DNA of 64,000 nt from an uncultured delta proteobacterium (GTDB lineage: Bacteria; Desulfobacterota; Binatia; DP-6): the NCBI GenBank assembly GCA_963815115.1, contig CAWFFN010000008.1:32001-96000 (forward strand). The letters run 5' to 3'. A model generated the notes under the pieces. That model ran no database searches and had not been told where the DNA came from. It was given only the letters and a program-made list of their open reading frames with translations. Below, in pieces: positions 1 to 10,138 of the stretch (the stretch's first letter is position 1; every line of letters starts with the position of its first letter). The position numbers and the translations under genes were made by a program.

Positions 1-2
1 AG

Positions 3-1055
3 ACCGACGGGGCGCACGCCCTGAGCGAGACGCGCGCGGCCCTCGAGCGGCTGGCCCGCGACGACCCCGAGCAGCATGACCTTTACGTCGCGCGAAGCCG
101 CGCCATCGCCGCGTTGGCTCCGGCGGCAGGTGCTGCCGAGGAGGCCCCCCAAAAGCAGGGGCTGAGCACCGAGCGGCGGGCACTGGCCGCGGTGGAGCGA
201 GGTGACGCGGCGGAGCTCGCGCGGCTGGCCCAGACCATGCGGGCGGCCGCAGACCGGAAGCAGGCGGGTGCCGCCGCGCCCGGCGCCGCCCGGCGCCTGG
301 AGGCGCCGGCGGTGCTCTCGCAACCGTATCCCGAGGCGTGTATCGCTCCGGCGCGCGCGCTCGGGCTCGAGCAGGTCGAGTTTCGCGAGCCGTCCCGTGA
401 CTTCACGGCAAGGATCCGAGCGTTCCTCGAGACGTATGCGTGGGCCGCCTCGGCCGCGACGCTCGCGCTGGCACACGAGGGCGTCGCCCAGCTGCGCGCC
501 TCCATCGACGCCCTGCCGGCGATCGAGGATTCGAACGCCGACGTGCTGGCCGAGACGGTGTCGCTGTTCGCGCTCCACGTCTTCATCAACTCGGCGGGCA
601 TCCGGTACCTCCCCATGCTGAGCGAGCGCGAGTTCGTGCTCCTCGAGACCCACGCCGAAGGCGACGACGTCCCGTCCGGTCTCCTGCGTGCCCTGGGGCT
701 CGAGCGGAGGCACGCGCTGGCGCGGGACGAGATCGAGCTCGCTCTGCTCCGGCACGGCGGCGACGTCGTGGGACGCATGGGGCTCGATCCCCGCGCGGCC
801 CGCATCGTCTGTGTCCCGCCCGACGTCTACATGGGTGTGGGACCGAGCCGCGGGTGGGGGGCGCGGGAGGAGTGGACGCACTTCGACGGCTACCAGGTGC
901 GGGAGAAGGGGCGGCTCCTGGCGTTGGTCGGCGGCAACGCCCGCTTCGGCGGGATCGCCGACCTCTGCGGCATCAGCTCCTCGGACGCGCGTGACAACAC
1001 CGTGGTCCGGTTGGCGGTCGTCCGCCGCGAGCGGCTCGCGACCGGCCTCCTGTGA
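3..1055 (+). CDS. Hypothetical protein, 5'-truncated by window edge
   Basis: Frame is open from position 3 (TDGAHALSETRAAL...) to TGA at 1053-1055, with high-GC codon bias. No recognisable family motif. Confidence 0.7.
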   Translation, partial: TDGAHALSETRAALERLARDDPEQHDLYVARSRAIAALAPAAGAAEEAPQKQGLSTERRALAAVERGDAAELARLAQTMRAAADRKQAGAAAPGAARRLEAPAVLSQPYPEACIAPARALGLEQVEFREPSRDFTARIRAFLETYAWAASAATLALAHEGVAQLRASIDALPAIEDSNADVLAETVSLFALHVFINSAGIRYLPMLSEREFVLLETHAEGDDVPSGLLRALGLERRHALARDEIELALLRHGGDVVGRMGLDPRAARIVCVPPDVYMGVGPSRGWGAREEWTHFDGYQVREKGRLLALVGGNARFGGIADLCGISSSDARDNTVVRLAVVRRERLATGLL

Positions 1056-1076
1056 CTCGAACAGGCGGGGCGGCTG

Positions 1077-1204
1077 GCCATCCCGTTTCGCGTGCAGGCC
1101 TCGACGTCGTCTGGCGGCAGTTCGCCGTGCTGTTCGGGATCGGCGCGGCGCTGTTCGCATACGCGCTCGCGCGCTTCCGCGCGACGATCGGCACGATGGT
1201 GTGA
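1077..1204 (+). pseudogene. C-terminal fragment of ABC-2 type permease (YbhR/YbhS-like)
   Basis: Translates AGLDVVWRQFAVLFGIGAALFAYALARFRATIGTMV*, a typical C-terminus of these permeases. No upstream part. Confidence 0.65.
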
Positions 1205-1245
1205 GGCCGTGGCGTGACGCTCGCGGTGGTGCAAGGAGGTCATTC

Positions 1246-1335
1246 ATGGCGAAGACGATGGAGGCGGCCGTGGTCCGCGCATTCGGCACGCCGCTCACCA
1301 TCGAAGAGGTGCCGATTCCGACCCCGGGACCCGGC
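1246..1335 (+). pseudogene. N-terminal fragment of Zn-dependent alcohol dehydrogenase (AdhP-like)
   Basis: RBS AAGGAGG, then [30 protein letters not shown], after which similarity stops abruptly. Confidence 0.75.
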
Positions 1336-1502
1336 GCTCGAATTCGAGGATCGCTTGGGCGGACCCGCCGCCCATCCGACGGCTCGTCAGATCTGCCGAC
1401 GCCTCGGCACGGCGACCTCCGACGCGTGCCGGCCTCGGGCGCACGGTCGGTTACAAATATCGCGTATCCGTGCCGTCCTTCCGCTCTGCTCCGATTCGGC
1501 TA

Positions 1503-1518
1503 CGGCACGGCGATTGCG
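1503..1518 (+). promoter_or_regulatory. Putative sigma54 -24/-12 promoter for phosphoketolase
   Basis: CGGCACGGCGATTGCG, GG-N10-GC, about 125 bp upstream of the ATG. Confidence 0.65.
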
Positions 1519-1642
1519 AATGGTGGAGAGCACCGCTCGCGGCGGTCGCATACGACCAGCGAGACAAGCTGATCACCCGTTTCACGGATGTTCGTCGCGA
1601 ACGGCTGGCGACCCGACGGCCTCGATCTCGAAACGAGGAGGC

Positions 1643-4060
1643 ATGATGAGACCCAAAACAGATCCCCTGTCCGCTGATGAGCTGCGCAAGATGAACGCCT
1701 ACTGGCGTGCGGCCAACTACCTGTCGGTCGGCCAGATCTACCTCCTCGACAACCCCCTGCTGAAGGAGAAGCTCGAGCGGGCACACGTCAAGCCACGCCT
1801 CCTCGGCCACTGGGGGACTACGCCGGGGCTGAACCTCCTCTACGTCCACCTGAATCGGGTCATCAAGAAAAACGACCTGAACATGATCTACGTCATCGGT
1901 CCGGGACACGGTGGCCCGGCGCTGGTTGCCAACGCCTACCTCGAAGGCACCTACAGCGAGGTCTACCCCGGCATCAGCCAGGACGCGGACGGGATGAAGA
2001 AGCTGTTCAAGCAGTTCAGCTTCCCCGGCGGGATCCCGAGTCACGTTGCGCCTGAGACGCCCGGCTCAATCCACGAGGGCGGCGAGCTGGGCTACGCACT
2101 CTCGCACGCCCACGGCGCCGCCTTCGACAACCCGGACCTCATCGTCGCCTGCGTCGTCGGCGACGGAGAGGCCGAGACCGGCCCGCTGGCGACGGGCTGG
2201 CACTCGAACAAGTTCCTGAACCCGGCACGCGACGGCGCGGTGCTGCCGATCCTCCATCTCAACGGCTACAAGATCGCCAATCCGTGCTTCCTCGCCCGTA
2301 TTCCGCGGGACGAGCTGCAGAGCCTATTCGAGGGGTACGGCTACGCGCCGCATTTCGTCGAAGGCGACGAGCCGGAGAAGGTCCATCAGCAGCTGGCCGC
2401 CACGCTCGACGCGGTCGCGGCCGATATCAAGCGGATCCAGCTCGACGCGCGGACGAAAGGCGTCACGAAGCGGCCGGCCTGGCCGATGATCGTGCTCCGC
2501 ACGCCGAAGGGCTGGACCTGTCCGAAGGAGATCGACGGCAAGAAGTGCGAGGGCTACTGGCGGGCCCATCAGGTGCCGATGGCCGACATGGACACGCCGG
2601 GACACGTGCAGATCCTCGAGGGGTGGATGAAGAGCTACAAGCCGGAGGAGCTGTTCGACGCGGCAGGCCGGCTCGAGCCCGAGCTCGCCGAGCTCGCCCC
2701 CGGCGGCCACCGCCGCATGAGCGACAATCCGCACGCTAACGGGGGGCTCTTGCTGAAGGATCTCAAGCTTCCAGACTTCCGGAGCTATGCCGTCGAGGCG
2801 GAGACCCCCGGGGCCGCCACGGCCGAGGCCACGCGCGAGCAGGGGCGGTTCCTGCGCGACGTCATGAAGCTCAACCTCGACAGCAGGAACTTCCGCCTGT
2901 TCAGCCCTGACGAGAACAACTCGAACCGCTGGCAGGACGTCCTCGAGGTCACGAACCGCTGCTACATGGCCGAGATTTATCCCGACGACGACCACCTGAG
3001 CCCTGACGGGCGCGTGATGGAGGTGCTGAGCGAGCATCAGTGTCAGGGCTGGCTCGAGGGATACTTGCTGACGGGCCGCCACGGCTTCTTCAGCTGCTAC
3101 GAGGCGTTCATTCACATCATCGATTCGATGTTCAACCAGCACGCCAAGTGGCTGAAGGTGTGCCACAATATTCCCTGGCGCCGGTCGATCGCGTCGCTCA
3201 ACTACCTCCTGTCGTCCCACGTCTGGCGTCAAGATCACAACGGCTTCAGCCACCAGGATCCCGGCTTCATCGATCACGTCGTGAACAAGAAGGCCGAGGT
3301 CATTCGTGTCTACCTGCCGCCAGACGCTAACTGCCTCCTGAGCGTAACCGACCACTGCCTGCGCAGCCGCGACTACGTGAACGTGATCGTGGCTGGCAAG
3401 CAGCCCGCGCCGGTGTGGCTGACCATGCAGCAGGCGATCGCGCACTGCACCGCCGGCGTGGGCATCTGGGAGTGGGCGAGCAACGACAAGGGAGGTGAGC
3501 CCGATGTCGTGATGGCCTGCTGCGGCGACGTGCCGACGCTCGAGACGCTGGCCGCGGTCGACATCCTTCGCCAGCACGCGCCGGAGGTGAAGATTCGGGT
3601 GATCAACGTCGTCGACCTGATGAAGCTCCAGCCATCGAGCGAGCATCCGCACGGCCTGAGCGATCGCGATTTCGACGTGCTCTTCACGAAGGACAAGCCG
3701 GTCATCTTCGCCTTCCACGGCTACCCCTGGCTGATTCACCGGCTGACCTACCGCCGCACGAACCACGCCAACGTGCACGTGCGCGGGTACAAGGAGGAGG
3801 GTACGACCACCACCCCCTTCGACATGGCGGTGCGAAACGACCTGGATCGCTTCCACCTGGTCTCCGACGTCATCGACCGGCTGCCCCAGCTCGGGTCGCG
3901 AGCGGCGTACGCGAAGCAGGCGATCCGGGACAAGCTGATCGAGCACGAGCAGTACATCGCCGAGCACGGCGATGACATGCCCGAGATCACCGGCTGGAAA
4001 TGGGGTGACCAGGGAACCGCTGGTGCGAGGAGCTCATCGACCGAAGGGGACAACGTCTAA
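1643..4060 (+). CDS. xfp: Phosphoketolase (XFP family)
   Basis: [26 protein letters not shown] motif [41 protein letters not shown] before ATG 1643. Confidence 0.96.
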   Translation: MMRPKTDPLSADELRKMNAYWRAANYLSVGQIYLLDNPLLKEKLERAHVKPRLLGHWGTTPGLNLLYVHLNRVIKKNDLNMIYVIGPGHGGPALVANAYLEGTYSEVYPGISQDADGMKKLFKQFSFPGGIPSHVAPETPGSIHEGGELGYALSHAHGAAFDNPDLIVACVVGDGEAETGPLATGWHSNKFLNPARDGAVLPILHLNGYKIANPCFLARIPRDELQSLFEGYGYAPHFVEGDEPEKVHQQLAATLDAVAADIKRIQLDARTKGVTKRPAWPMIVLRTPKGWTCPKEIDGKKCEGYWRAHQVPMADMDTPGHVQILEGWMKSYKPEELFDAAGRLEPELAELAPGGHRRMSDNPHANGGLLLKDLKLPDFRSYAVEAETPGAATAEATREQGRFLRDVMKLNLDSRNFRLFSPDENNSNRWQDVLEVTNRCYMAEIYPDDDHLSPDGRVMEVLSEHQCQGWLEGYLLTGRHGFFSCYEAFIHIIDSMFNQHAKWLKVCHNIPWRRSIASLNYLLSSHVWRQDHNGFSHQDPGFIDHVVNKKAEVIRVYLPPDANCLLSVTDHCLRSRDYVNVIVAGKQPAPVWLTMQQAIAHCTAGVGIWEWASNDKGGEPDVVMACCGDVPTLETLAAVDILRQHAPEVKIRVINVVDLMKLQPSSEHPHGLSDRDFDVLFTKDKPVIFAFHGYPWLIHRLTYRRTNHANVHVRGYKEEGTTTTPFDMAVRNDLDRFHLVSDVIDRLPQLGSRAAYAKQAIRDKLIEHEQYIAEHGDDMPEITGWKWGDQGTAGARSSSTEGDNV

Positions 4061-4092
4061 GAGGCGAACCGGAACGCAACTGAAGGTCAGCA

Positions 4093-4260
4093 ATGGACGC
4101 AACCCCGCCAAGCGACCGGATCCGGCCATCTCTGGGCCATCGGCTACGACGACATGGAACGTGCCGATCAGGTCAGAGACAAGATCACCACGCTCGGTTG
4201 GGGCGGACCGTACTTCCAGCTCTCGGACGTGTCGGTCGCTGTGAGACATTCCAGCGGAGA
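4093..4260 (+). pseudogene. DUF1269-like membrane protein N-terminal fragment (frameshifted, truncated)
   Basis: HLWAIGYDDMERADQVRDKITTLGWGGPYFQLSDVSVAVRH reads out of frame with ATG 4093. Confidence 0.5.
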
Positions 4261-4261
4261 A

Positions 4262-4953
4262 TGACCTGCCACTGTTCGCGCTGGCGGAGCTGGCCGTCGC
4301 CGCCCGGGACTCCGTTCCCGCCGCCGCCGACCGGTTGCGGCAGCCGGGCGCCGCCGGCGTCGCCGACTGGGTCCAGAGGCTGCTCGAACGAGGCGGCACG
4401 ATGCCGACGCCGCGCCGACTAGCCATCGCGCTCGGCACCGCCGACGACGGCACGCCGGCGGTTTTATCGGCGAACGGGAGAACCTGCTCGTCAGCGGCGA
4501 TCGCCCTCCGGTAAGTCGTGGGTCGCCGGGCTCGCCGCCGAATGCCTGCTGGAGGCGGGGTATCGCGTGTGCCTCTTCGATGCCGAGAGCGATCACCTCG
4601 CGGTCGGGCATCGGCCCGGTGCGATGAGTCCTCGGCAGGGAGATCAGCCTCCCGGCGGCCGACGACGTCGGGACGGTGCTCGCCGACGCCGGCCTGAGCA
4701 TCGTCCTCGAGCTCACGTCGCTGCCACTGCCGAACAAGCGCGAGTACGTCGCCCGCGCCTCCGCAGCCTCGCTGCCGAGCGGGGCCGGTCGGGCCTGCCA
4801 CACTGGATCGTGGTGGACGAGGCGTACTACTTCTTCGGCGCCGGCGGAGCGTCCTCTGCCGACGCAGTCGCCCAGACGGGCACCACCGTGCTCGTGACGT
4901 ATCGCGCGAGCCTCATCGCACCGGACCTGCTCGACTCCATCGACGCGTTCATC
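4262..4953 (+). pseudogene. Degraded HAD-hydrolase/P-loop ATPase fusion gene fragment
   Basis: Segments in different frames: Walker A-like SGKSWVAGL, YRVCLFDAE, SIVLELTSLP, Walker B-like GLPHWIVVDEAYYFF. Confidence 0.55.
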
Positions 4954-5095
4954 CATCACCGCGTCGATGCTCTTGTAGGCGGTCGGCCTCTCGTCCAGCA
5001 CGCCTCGGTCCTTGCGGCACTCGACACCGCGTAGCGCCTCGGTGTGCTCACCGAGGCTGATCGTCTCCTTCGCCTTCATGCGCGAGAGCCGCCGA
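4954..5095 (-). pseudogene. rtcB: RtcB RNA ligase C-terminal fragment
   Basis: SRMKAKETISLGEHTEALRGVECRKDRGVLDERPTAYKSIDAVM matches the RtcB GVECRKD..V.DE.P.AYK.I..VM motif. Confidence 0.75.
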
Positions 5096-5160
5096 CGAGG
5101 CTGCGTGCTGGGCGACCTGAACCTCCCGCTTCCCCAGTCCCCATCACACCGGGCGCCAAA

Positions 5161-5706
5161 CTAACTCGGTGATGACGAACGACTCGGGCGAGGGATTCCG
5201 AGAGCCTGAGCGATCTGCTCGAACCCCAGGTCGTCCCGAAACGGCGCGAGAACCTCTGGCAGCACGCCTCGTAAGCTTGCCTTCTGCCACCCGCCCACCT
5301 GGGCATGCCGCTCTCTCACGTACGTCGCCGGCAGAGTGTAGACCTCCGGGGCGGCGCTGCCCGTCGATCCGTCCTTCCCACGGAAGAACGCACCGATGTT
5401 CAGGAAGACGACCACAAGGAAGTCGAAGGCGTCGAGCGACTCGCGCTTCACCGGGAACCCGCGGTCGGAGTCGCTCTGGTAGCGACTCTTCACCTGGACC
5501 CGCACCTGACTCCGCTCGTCGCCCTTGGGTTGGTGCCTGGGGTCGGGATGAATGCAGATGAGGTCGTACCCTTCATTGTTTGGCGGCGCCTTGTAGGCGA
5601 GTATGTTCCGTCGCATCAGATTCCCCATCACGAGGTACTCGGCGCCGAGCGATACGACCGGAAGACGCAGGAAGGACCGTTTCTTCCCCTGGTTCGTGGC
5701 GCCCAA
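5161..5706 (-). CDS. Putative PD-(D/E)XK (restriction-endonuclease-fold) nuclease
   Basis: GAEYLVMGNL...NEGYDLICI...VRVQVKSR gives the E...D...QxK pattern. Start (TTG 5706) is uncertain. Confidence 0.6.
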   Translation of the reverse strand: MGATNQGKKRSFLRLPVVSLGAEYLVMGNLMRRNILAYKAPPNNEGYDLICIHPDPRHQPKGDERSQVRVQVKSRYQSDSDRGFPVKRESLDAFDFLVVVFLNIGAFFRGKDGSTGSAAPEVYTLPATYVRERHAQVGGWQKASLRGVLPEVLAPFRDDLGFEQIAQALGIPRPSRSSSPS

Positions 5707-5869
5707 GGGTACAGCGATGCAGGCGGTCTGGGCCACACATCCGACGGCGCGGGACACGACGTGCTGTCGAGGTGCTACACTGCGGTACAAACCAGCGCAG
5801 AGGTTCGTTGCCAACCGTGCCCGTCGATGGTCAGTTCCGCTGGCACTGCCAATCCCTACGGTTCCACCG

Positions 5870-6061
5870 CTAGGTGCGCCGTCTTGACGGTGGCCCTCCG
5901 CGACCGGCCGCCGCCGGCGGGATGTGCTGGAGGTAGACGCTCGTTGTGTGCAGCGTGCGGTGCCCGAGTAGCTGCTGGATCGCGTTCGGCGACGTGCCGC
6001 TCTGCGCTGGCGACCGTGCACCCGTGCGTGAACCCGCCACCCCGCGGCGCAACCTCGGCAC
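5870..6061 (-). pseudogene. Remnant of a second tyrosine recombinase C-terminus
   Basis: NAIQQLLGHRTLHTTSVYLQHI (box II LLGH...T..Y) without the rest of the gene. Confidence 0.6.
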
Positions 6062-6076
6062 CGACCAGGTGGCAGT

Positions 6077-7072
6077 TCATCCGACGCCCGAGTAGGGCAC
6101 ATGCACACGGGCAGCCGCCTGGCGCACGGCAGCCTCACCGCGACGATCGTATCTCGCCGTTGTCGCCGGGCTCGCGTGCCCCAGTAGCGCCTGCACCGTG
6201 GCGAGGTCCACGCCGGCGTCGAGGAGGTCGCCCGCGAGCGAGCGCCGGCAGTCATGCGGCGAGAAGGCTGCGACCCCAGCGCGCTCGGCGAGGTAACGGA
6301 GGCGGTCGTAGACGGTTTGCTCGGTGAGCCGCCGGGACAGCACGCGCCCGCGGCGGTCGACAGGCAACAGCAGCGGGCCGGGTTCTCGGCCGCGCACCCG
6401 TAGCCAGGCGTGCAGCGCGTCGCGCGCGCCGTTGCTGACGAACACAGCGCGTTCCTTGTTGCCCTTCCCGATGACGCGCAGGCGGCCTGCCTCGGCGTCG
6501 TAGTCGGCGAGGTCGAGCGCCACCAGCTCGGCGCGCCGAAAGCCGCCGGCGTAAGCGAGCGCGACCAAGGCGGCGTCCCGCTCGCGGATCGGCGACGGTG
6601 CGTGCCCGATCTCGCGGAAGAGGCGACGCCACTCCTCCGTCCCGACGGCACGCCCCCGGGGCAGCCGCGAGCCCCGCGCGCCGCGCACGGCGCGCGCCGC
6701 CTGGTAGCTGGCCGCGTCCATCAGCCCGGCTCGCCAGGCGGCGTGCAGCGTCCCCCGGAGCGCGGACACGACTCGGTTCACGGTCGCTGGGGCCGCCTGG
6801 TCGGCGAGCTGGGCGCGAAGGGCGTCGACCAGCTCGGGCGTCAACTTCCACCACGCCACCGCCCGCGGGTCATCCACTCCGAGCAGGCGGGCGAGCCGAA
6901 CCAGCGCTGCCGCCTGTGCCCGCCGGCTGCCCGGCGCGAGCCCGGCCACGTAGCGCTCGGCTGGCGACCGGGTGCCGCGCGGCAGCTTAGCGACCAGGTC
7001 GTCGGCACGTGCGCCTGGCACGAGCGCGCGGGGAGGGTTGATCGGACGATGGGGAGGTCGGAGCATCGTCAT
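6077..7072 (-). CDS. Tyrosine recombinase/integrase (XerC/D-like)
   Basis: GFRRAEL, GKGNKER, HDCRR, LLGH, TTARY: complete R-K-H-R-H-Y catalytic set. Confidence 0.93.
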   Translation of the reverse strand: MTMLRPPHRPINPPRALVPGARADDLVAKLPRGTRSPAERYVAGLAPGSRRAQAAALVRLARLLGVDDPRAVAWWKLTPELVDALRAQLADQAAPATVNRVVSALRGTLHAAWRAGLMDAASYQAARAVRGARGSRLPRGRAVGTEEWRRLFREIGHAPSPIRERDAALVALAYAGGFRRAELVALDLADYDAEAGRLRVIGKGNKERAVFVSNGARDALHAWLRVRGREPGPLLLPVDRRGRVLSRRLTEQTVYDRLRYLAERAGVAAFSPHDCRRSLAGDLLDAGVDLATVQALLGHASPATTARYDRRGEAAVRQAAARVHVPYSGVG

Positions 7073-7155
7073 TGAGAACGGCCATTCTCATAGACTTGCC
7101 ACGCTAGCGCGCCGCAGACCGGGCACCCGAGGCCTATGACGGGCGGGGGGCGGTG

Positions 7156-7581
7156 ATGTGGACATCAGACAAGACCAAGGCGGTCGTGTTCGAGGGAGTG
7201 GTGGAGGCGTTCACGCTGTGGTCGGCGGTGCCCACGGCCCGTCCCCGCCGTCGGGACGGCAAGCCGAACAAACCGCTCACCGCGTTCACGATCAGCATCG
7301 AAGACGCGTGACCCCCGCACTGGCCGAGCCGCTGCTCGTAACGGCTGACCCCAGAGTGCTGCGCCGATGCCCTAGGCGGCGGACACATCAACGTGCCCAC
7401 GCCGTGGCCGAACCGCCCGATGTTCATCGGCTTCAAGCCATTCCCGCCGGAACAGGAGTGGCGGGACTATACCGAGCTTGCCGCCGTGCGGACGCTGCCA
7501 CGCGACCAGCCGCTCACAGCCGCCGAACTCCGCGCGCACGGAGTGCGACTCCGCATGCTCCCCTTCGAGGGTTCATTGTGA
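7156..7581 (+). CDS. Small hypothetical ORFs (7156-7311, 7393-7581), possibly one broken gene
   Basis: Short ORFs divergent from the integrase; the second overlaps the next GTG (GTGA). No family recognised. Confidence 0.3.
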
Positions 7582-7970
7582 AGTCAGCCGCTCCATCCGC
7601 CCCTACGTCGCGAACCCCGGCAGGAAGGCTGGACCTGGTCAGCGCGGCGTCACGCAACGGCGTACCCGATGGCCGTGCAGCAGGCGCCGGTGGCGCGCTC
7701 CAGGGACAGAACCGCCGCGCCTTGCTCGCCGATCTCGCCATCATGCGTCGGCGGCTCTCGGATGACGAGCTACACGTGCTGCTCACGATCGCGCTCCGGG
7801 CCTGGGCCGGGCAGAGCCGCTATGGCTGTCTGCGACTCGCCGACGATCGGCGCGACTTCCGCCAGGAGGGGTTCGAGGAAGCGTGCGACGCGGCCTTCTA
7901 CCTCGCCGCGGGCCTCGTCGGGCCTCGGAAAGGCCGGGGGCGCGCCCGTGCGAGGGGCGCTGGTGGCTGA
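7578..7970 (+). CDS. Phage/ICE-type hypothetical protein
   Basis: RYGCLRLADDRRDFRQEGFEEACDAAFYLA; the EE..D helix is reminiscent of all-alpha NTP pyrophosphatase-like phage proteins. Confidence 0.45.
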   Translation: MKSAAPSAPTSRTPAGRLDLVSAASRNGVPDGRAAGAGGALQGQNRRALLADLAIMRRRLSDDELHVLLTIALRAWAGQSRYGCLRLADDRRDFRQEGFEEACDAAFYLAAGLVGPRKGRGRARARGAGG

Positions 7971-8437
7971 ACAGCGACATCCTGACCTCGATGCACTGTT
8001 CGCTGATGCTGGACGTGCAGCGGAGGTTCCGGGCCGGGGGCCGACAGGACCATGACCAACACGCCCACGCCCACCAGGAGCGGCCCCACGACGAGCGCCA
8101 TGACGCCGCTCACGTCCACCACCCCGGCCACCAGCATGTTGCTGCCGTTGGTGGTGGTAGGCGTCATGACCAGCAGCGCGACCGACCACAACGGCGACCA
8201 GTACCACCACAACCGCCCGCTACTCGTCGCCGAGCCCTGGGGTGCCAAGGGCGGCACGCTCGCGCAGGCGGTGGGGAACCCTCGGCGTGGTGAACAGACG
8301 GCTGGTAAAGGCGACGGCCAGCGGCGTCCTGGGACGCGCTGTTTACGGTCCGGCGATGCTCGGCCCCGGCGCGCTACCGATGCTCCTGGTGCGCTCCGCA
8401 CAGTGACCTGCCCGAAACCGGGGGGGACGGAGTAGCG

Positions 8438-8737
8438 GTGAGCGATCCTCCCGACCTCGCCGCTTCGGCCCCCAACGAGTGGCTAACAATTGCACAGGTC
8501 GGCCAGAAGCTCGGCTACGCGCCCCGGACGGTCCGCAAGAAGATGCACGACGGTACCTGGAACAGGGGGAAGCACTGGTTCAAGCGCGCCGGGAGTCGAC
8601 CTCTGTTCTGGTGGCCCGCGGTCGCGGCGTGGCTGATGGCGGACGACTCGGCTAGTGCCGCAGCCGATGGTGCGGCCTTCGGCCCTGACATTCCGCCTGC
8701 TCGGCGGGGTCGCCGGCACACCTTCAGTGCACCTTGA
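8438..8737 (+). CDS. Excisionase-like HTH protein
   Basis: EWLTIAQVGQKLGYAPRTVRKKM...GKHWFK...PLFWW; located upstream of an integrase. Confidence 0.7.
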   Translation: MSDPPDLAASAPNEWLTIAQVGQKLGYAPRTVRKKMHDGTWNRGKHWFKRAGSRPLFWWPAVAAWLMADDSASAAADGAAFGPDIPPARRGRRHTFSAP

Positions 8738-8783
8738 ACATTATTCAATAACAAAGTACGGTTCTGTCGCGACTGGGGTGCGG

Positions 8784-8975
8784 ATGGGACGGAAGAGGAT
8801 GGGGCGACCGCCCGAGTTCGTTAAGCGCAAGCCATTCGTGGTCCTGCTAGAGGCTACGGAACTGGCGGCTCTACATCGTCGAGCACGGGGCGAAGGTCAG
8901 TCGGCTTCGGCCTTCGTACGAGGGCTCATCTTGAAGGCACTAGCAAGGGCTACCAACAGGAAGGAGAGCGCCTAG
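8784..8975 (+). CDS. Ribbon-helix-helix (CopG-like) DNA-binding protein
   Basis: 63 aa with GRPP, a beta strand (FVVLL) and two helices (ELAALHRRARGEGQSASAFVRGLILKAL). Confidence 0.6.
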   Translation: MGRKRMGRPPEFVKRKPFVVLLEATELAALHRRARGEGQSASAFVRGLILKALARATNRKESA

Positions 8976-9570
8976 ATGGCGTGCATCGTGAAAGGAGCGG
9001 AACGGCCGGCTCGCGTACCGTCTGTTCTGGGACGGCTATCGAAGCTGGGAAGGCACTGGCGTCCGCGTCACAGACAAGCGCCGTGCTGCGATGACTGCGA
9101 AGGCCGCGGTCATGTCGCAGGAGATGGCCGAACACCGATTCGACTATCTGCACTGGTTCCCGCACGGCGCGAAGGCACACATCTTCACAGCGACGGCCGC
9201 GCCGAAGACGGCCCCGAAGACGCTCGCGGCCTACATCGAGAAGACATGGCTCGCGCGCAAGGTGCCGCCGCATGTTCGCGCATCGCTCGCGCAGACGTAC
9301 CGAAAGCATTGGCGCAAGCACATCAAGCCGGCATTCGGGGGCTGGCCGCTCACGGCCATCACCACGGCCGCGCTGGAGGACTTCAAGGTGAAGCTGACGG
9401 CGGCAGAGCCCGCGGGCAAGGCCCTCAAGATGAAGACGGCGCGGGACATCATCGACGGGACGTTCCGGGCGATGGTCCGGGACGCCCGGCGCGTGGACAA
9501 GTTCCTCACGGCGGACCCGTTCGCGGACCTGACCTGGCCCCAGAAGGTCGTGCCGACGCCCGACCCATTC
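8976..9570 (+). pseudogene. Phage integrase N-terminal half (arm-binding DUF3596-like + SAM-like domain), frameshifted and truncated
   Basis: MACIVK/ frameshift /RNGRLAYRLFWDGYRSWEGTG...FDYLHWFPHG...YRKHWRKHIKPAFG...PDPF; catalytic domain absent. Confidence 0.75.
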
Positions 9571-10113
9571 GCGGCCCTGATCCCGCTGGCCGGGTATCCG
9601 CTCCTGTACCTGCCCATTCACATCGTGTGGCTCGAGCTCGTCATGCATCCCACCGCGCTCCTGGTCTTCCAGGAGACGGCCCCCGCGGGCGACCCCGAGC
9701 CGCCGCGCCGCGAAGCGCAGGCACGCTTCTTCGACCGGCGCCAGTGGGTCGCGATCGTCGTCGGGGGCATGCTGCTGACGGCTGCCGTCACGGCGGGGTT
9801 CGTGCGTAGCGTGGGGATCCTGCACGACGTGGAGCACGGACGCGCGATGGCGCTCGCCACGCTGACGCTCGCTAGCGCGGCGCTCACCGCGACCCTGAGT
9901 CGCCTGACCACTCCTACCGCACGGCTGATGACGCTCGGGACCGTAGGGCTCTCGCTGGCACTGATCCAGTCCCGTGCGGCCGGGCTGCTGCACCTCCGAC
10001 CGCTCCACGCCGACGATTGGGCGCTGGCGGCTGCCGTGGCCGCTGGCGCCGCGCTGACCACACCCCTCTCGCGGACCGCCCGCCGCGTCGCGCTCGAGAC
10101 GCGGCCATCATGA
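9571..10113 (+). pseudogene. C-terminal membrane fragment of a cation-transporting P-type ATPase, fused in frame to the integrase remnant
   Basis: AALIPLAGYPLLYLPIHIVWLELVMHPTALLVFQE...LHLRPL resembles the Cation_ATPase_C region. Confidence 0.7.
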
Positions 10114-10138
10114 GCGACGCGTCCTCGGCCTCACCGCG

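Noticed and set aside
1214-1642. 143-aa N-terminal extension of phosphoketolase in the ORF track
   Set aside because: Family similarity and the RBS begin at ATG 1643; the upstream DNA holds an adh fragment and a promoter.
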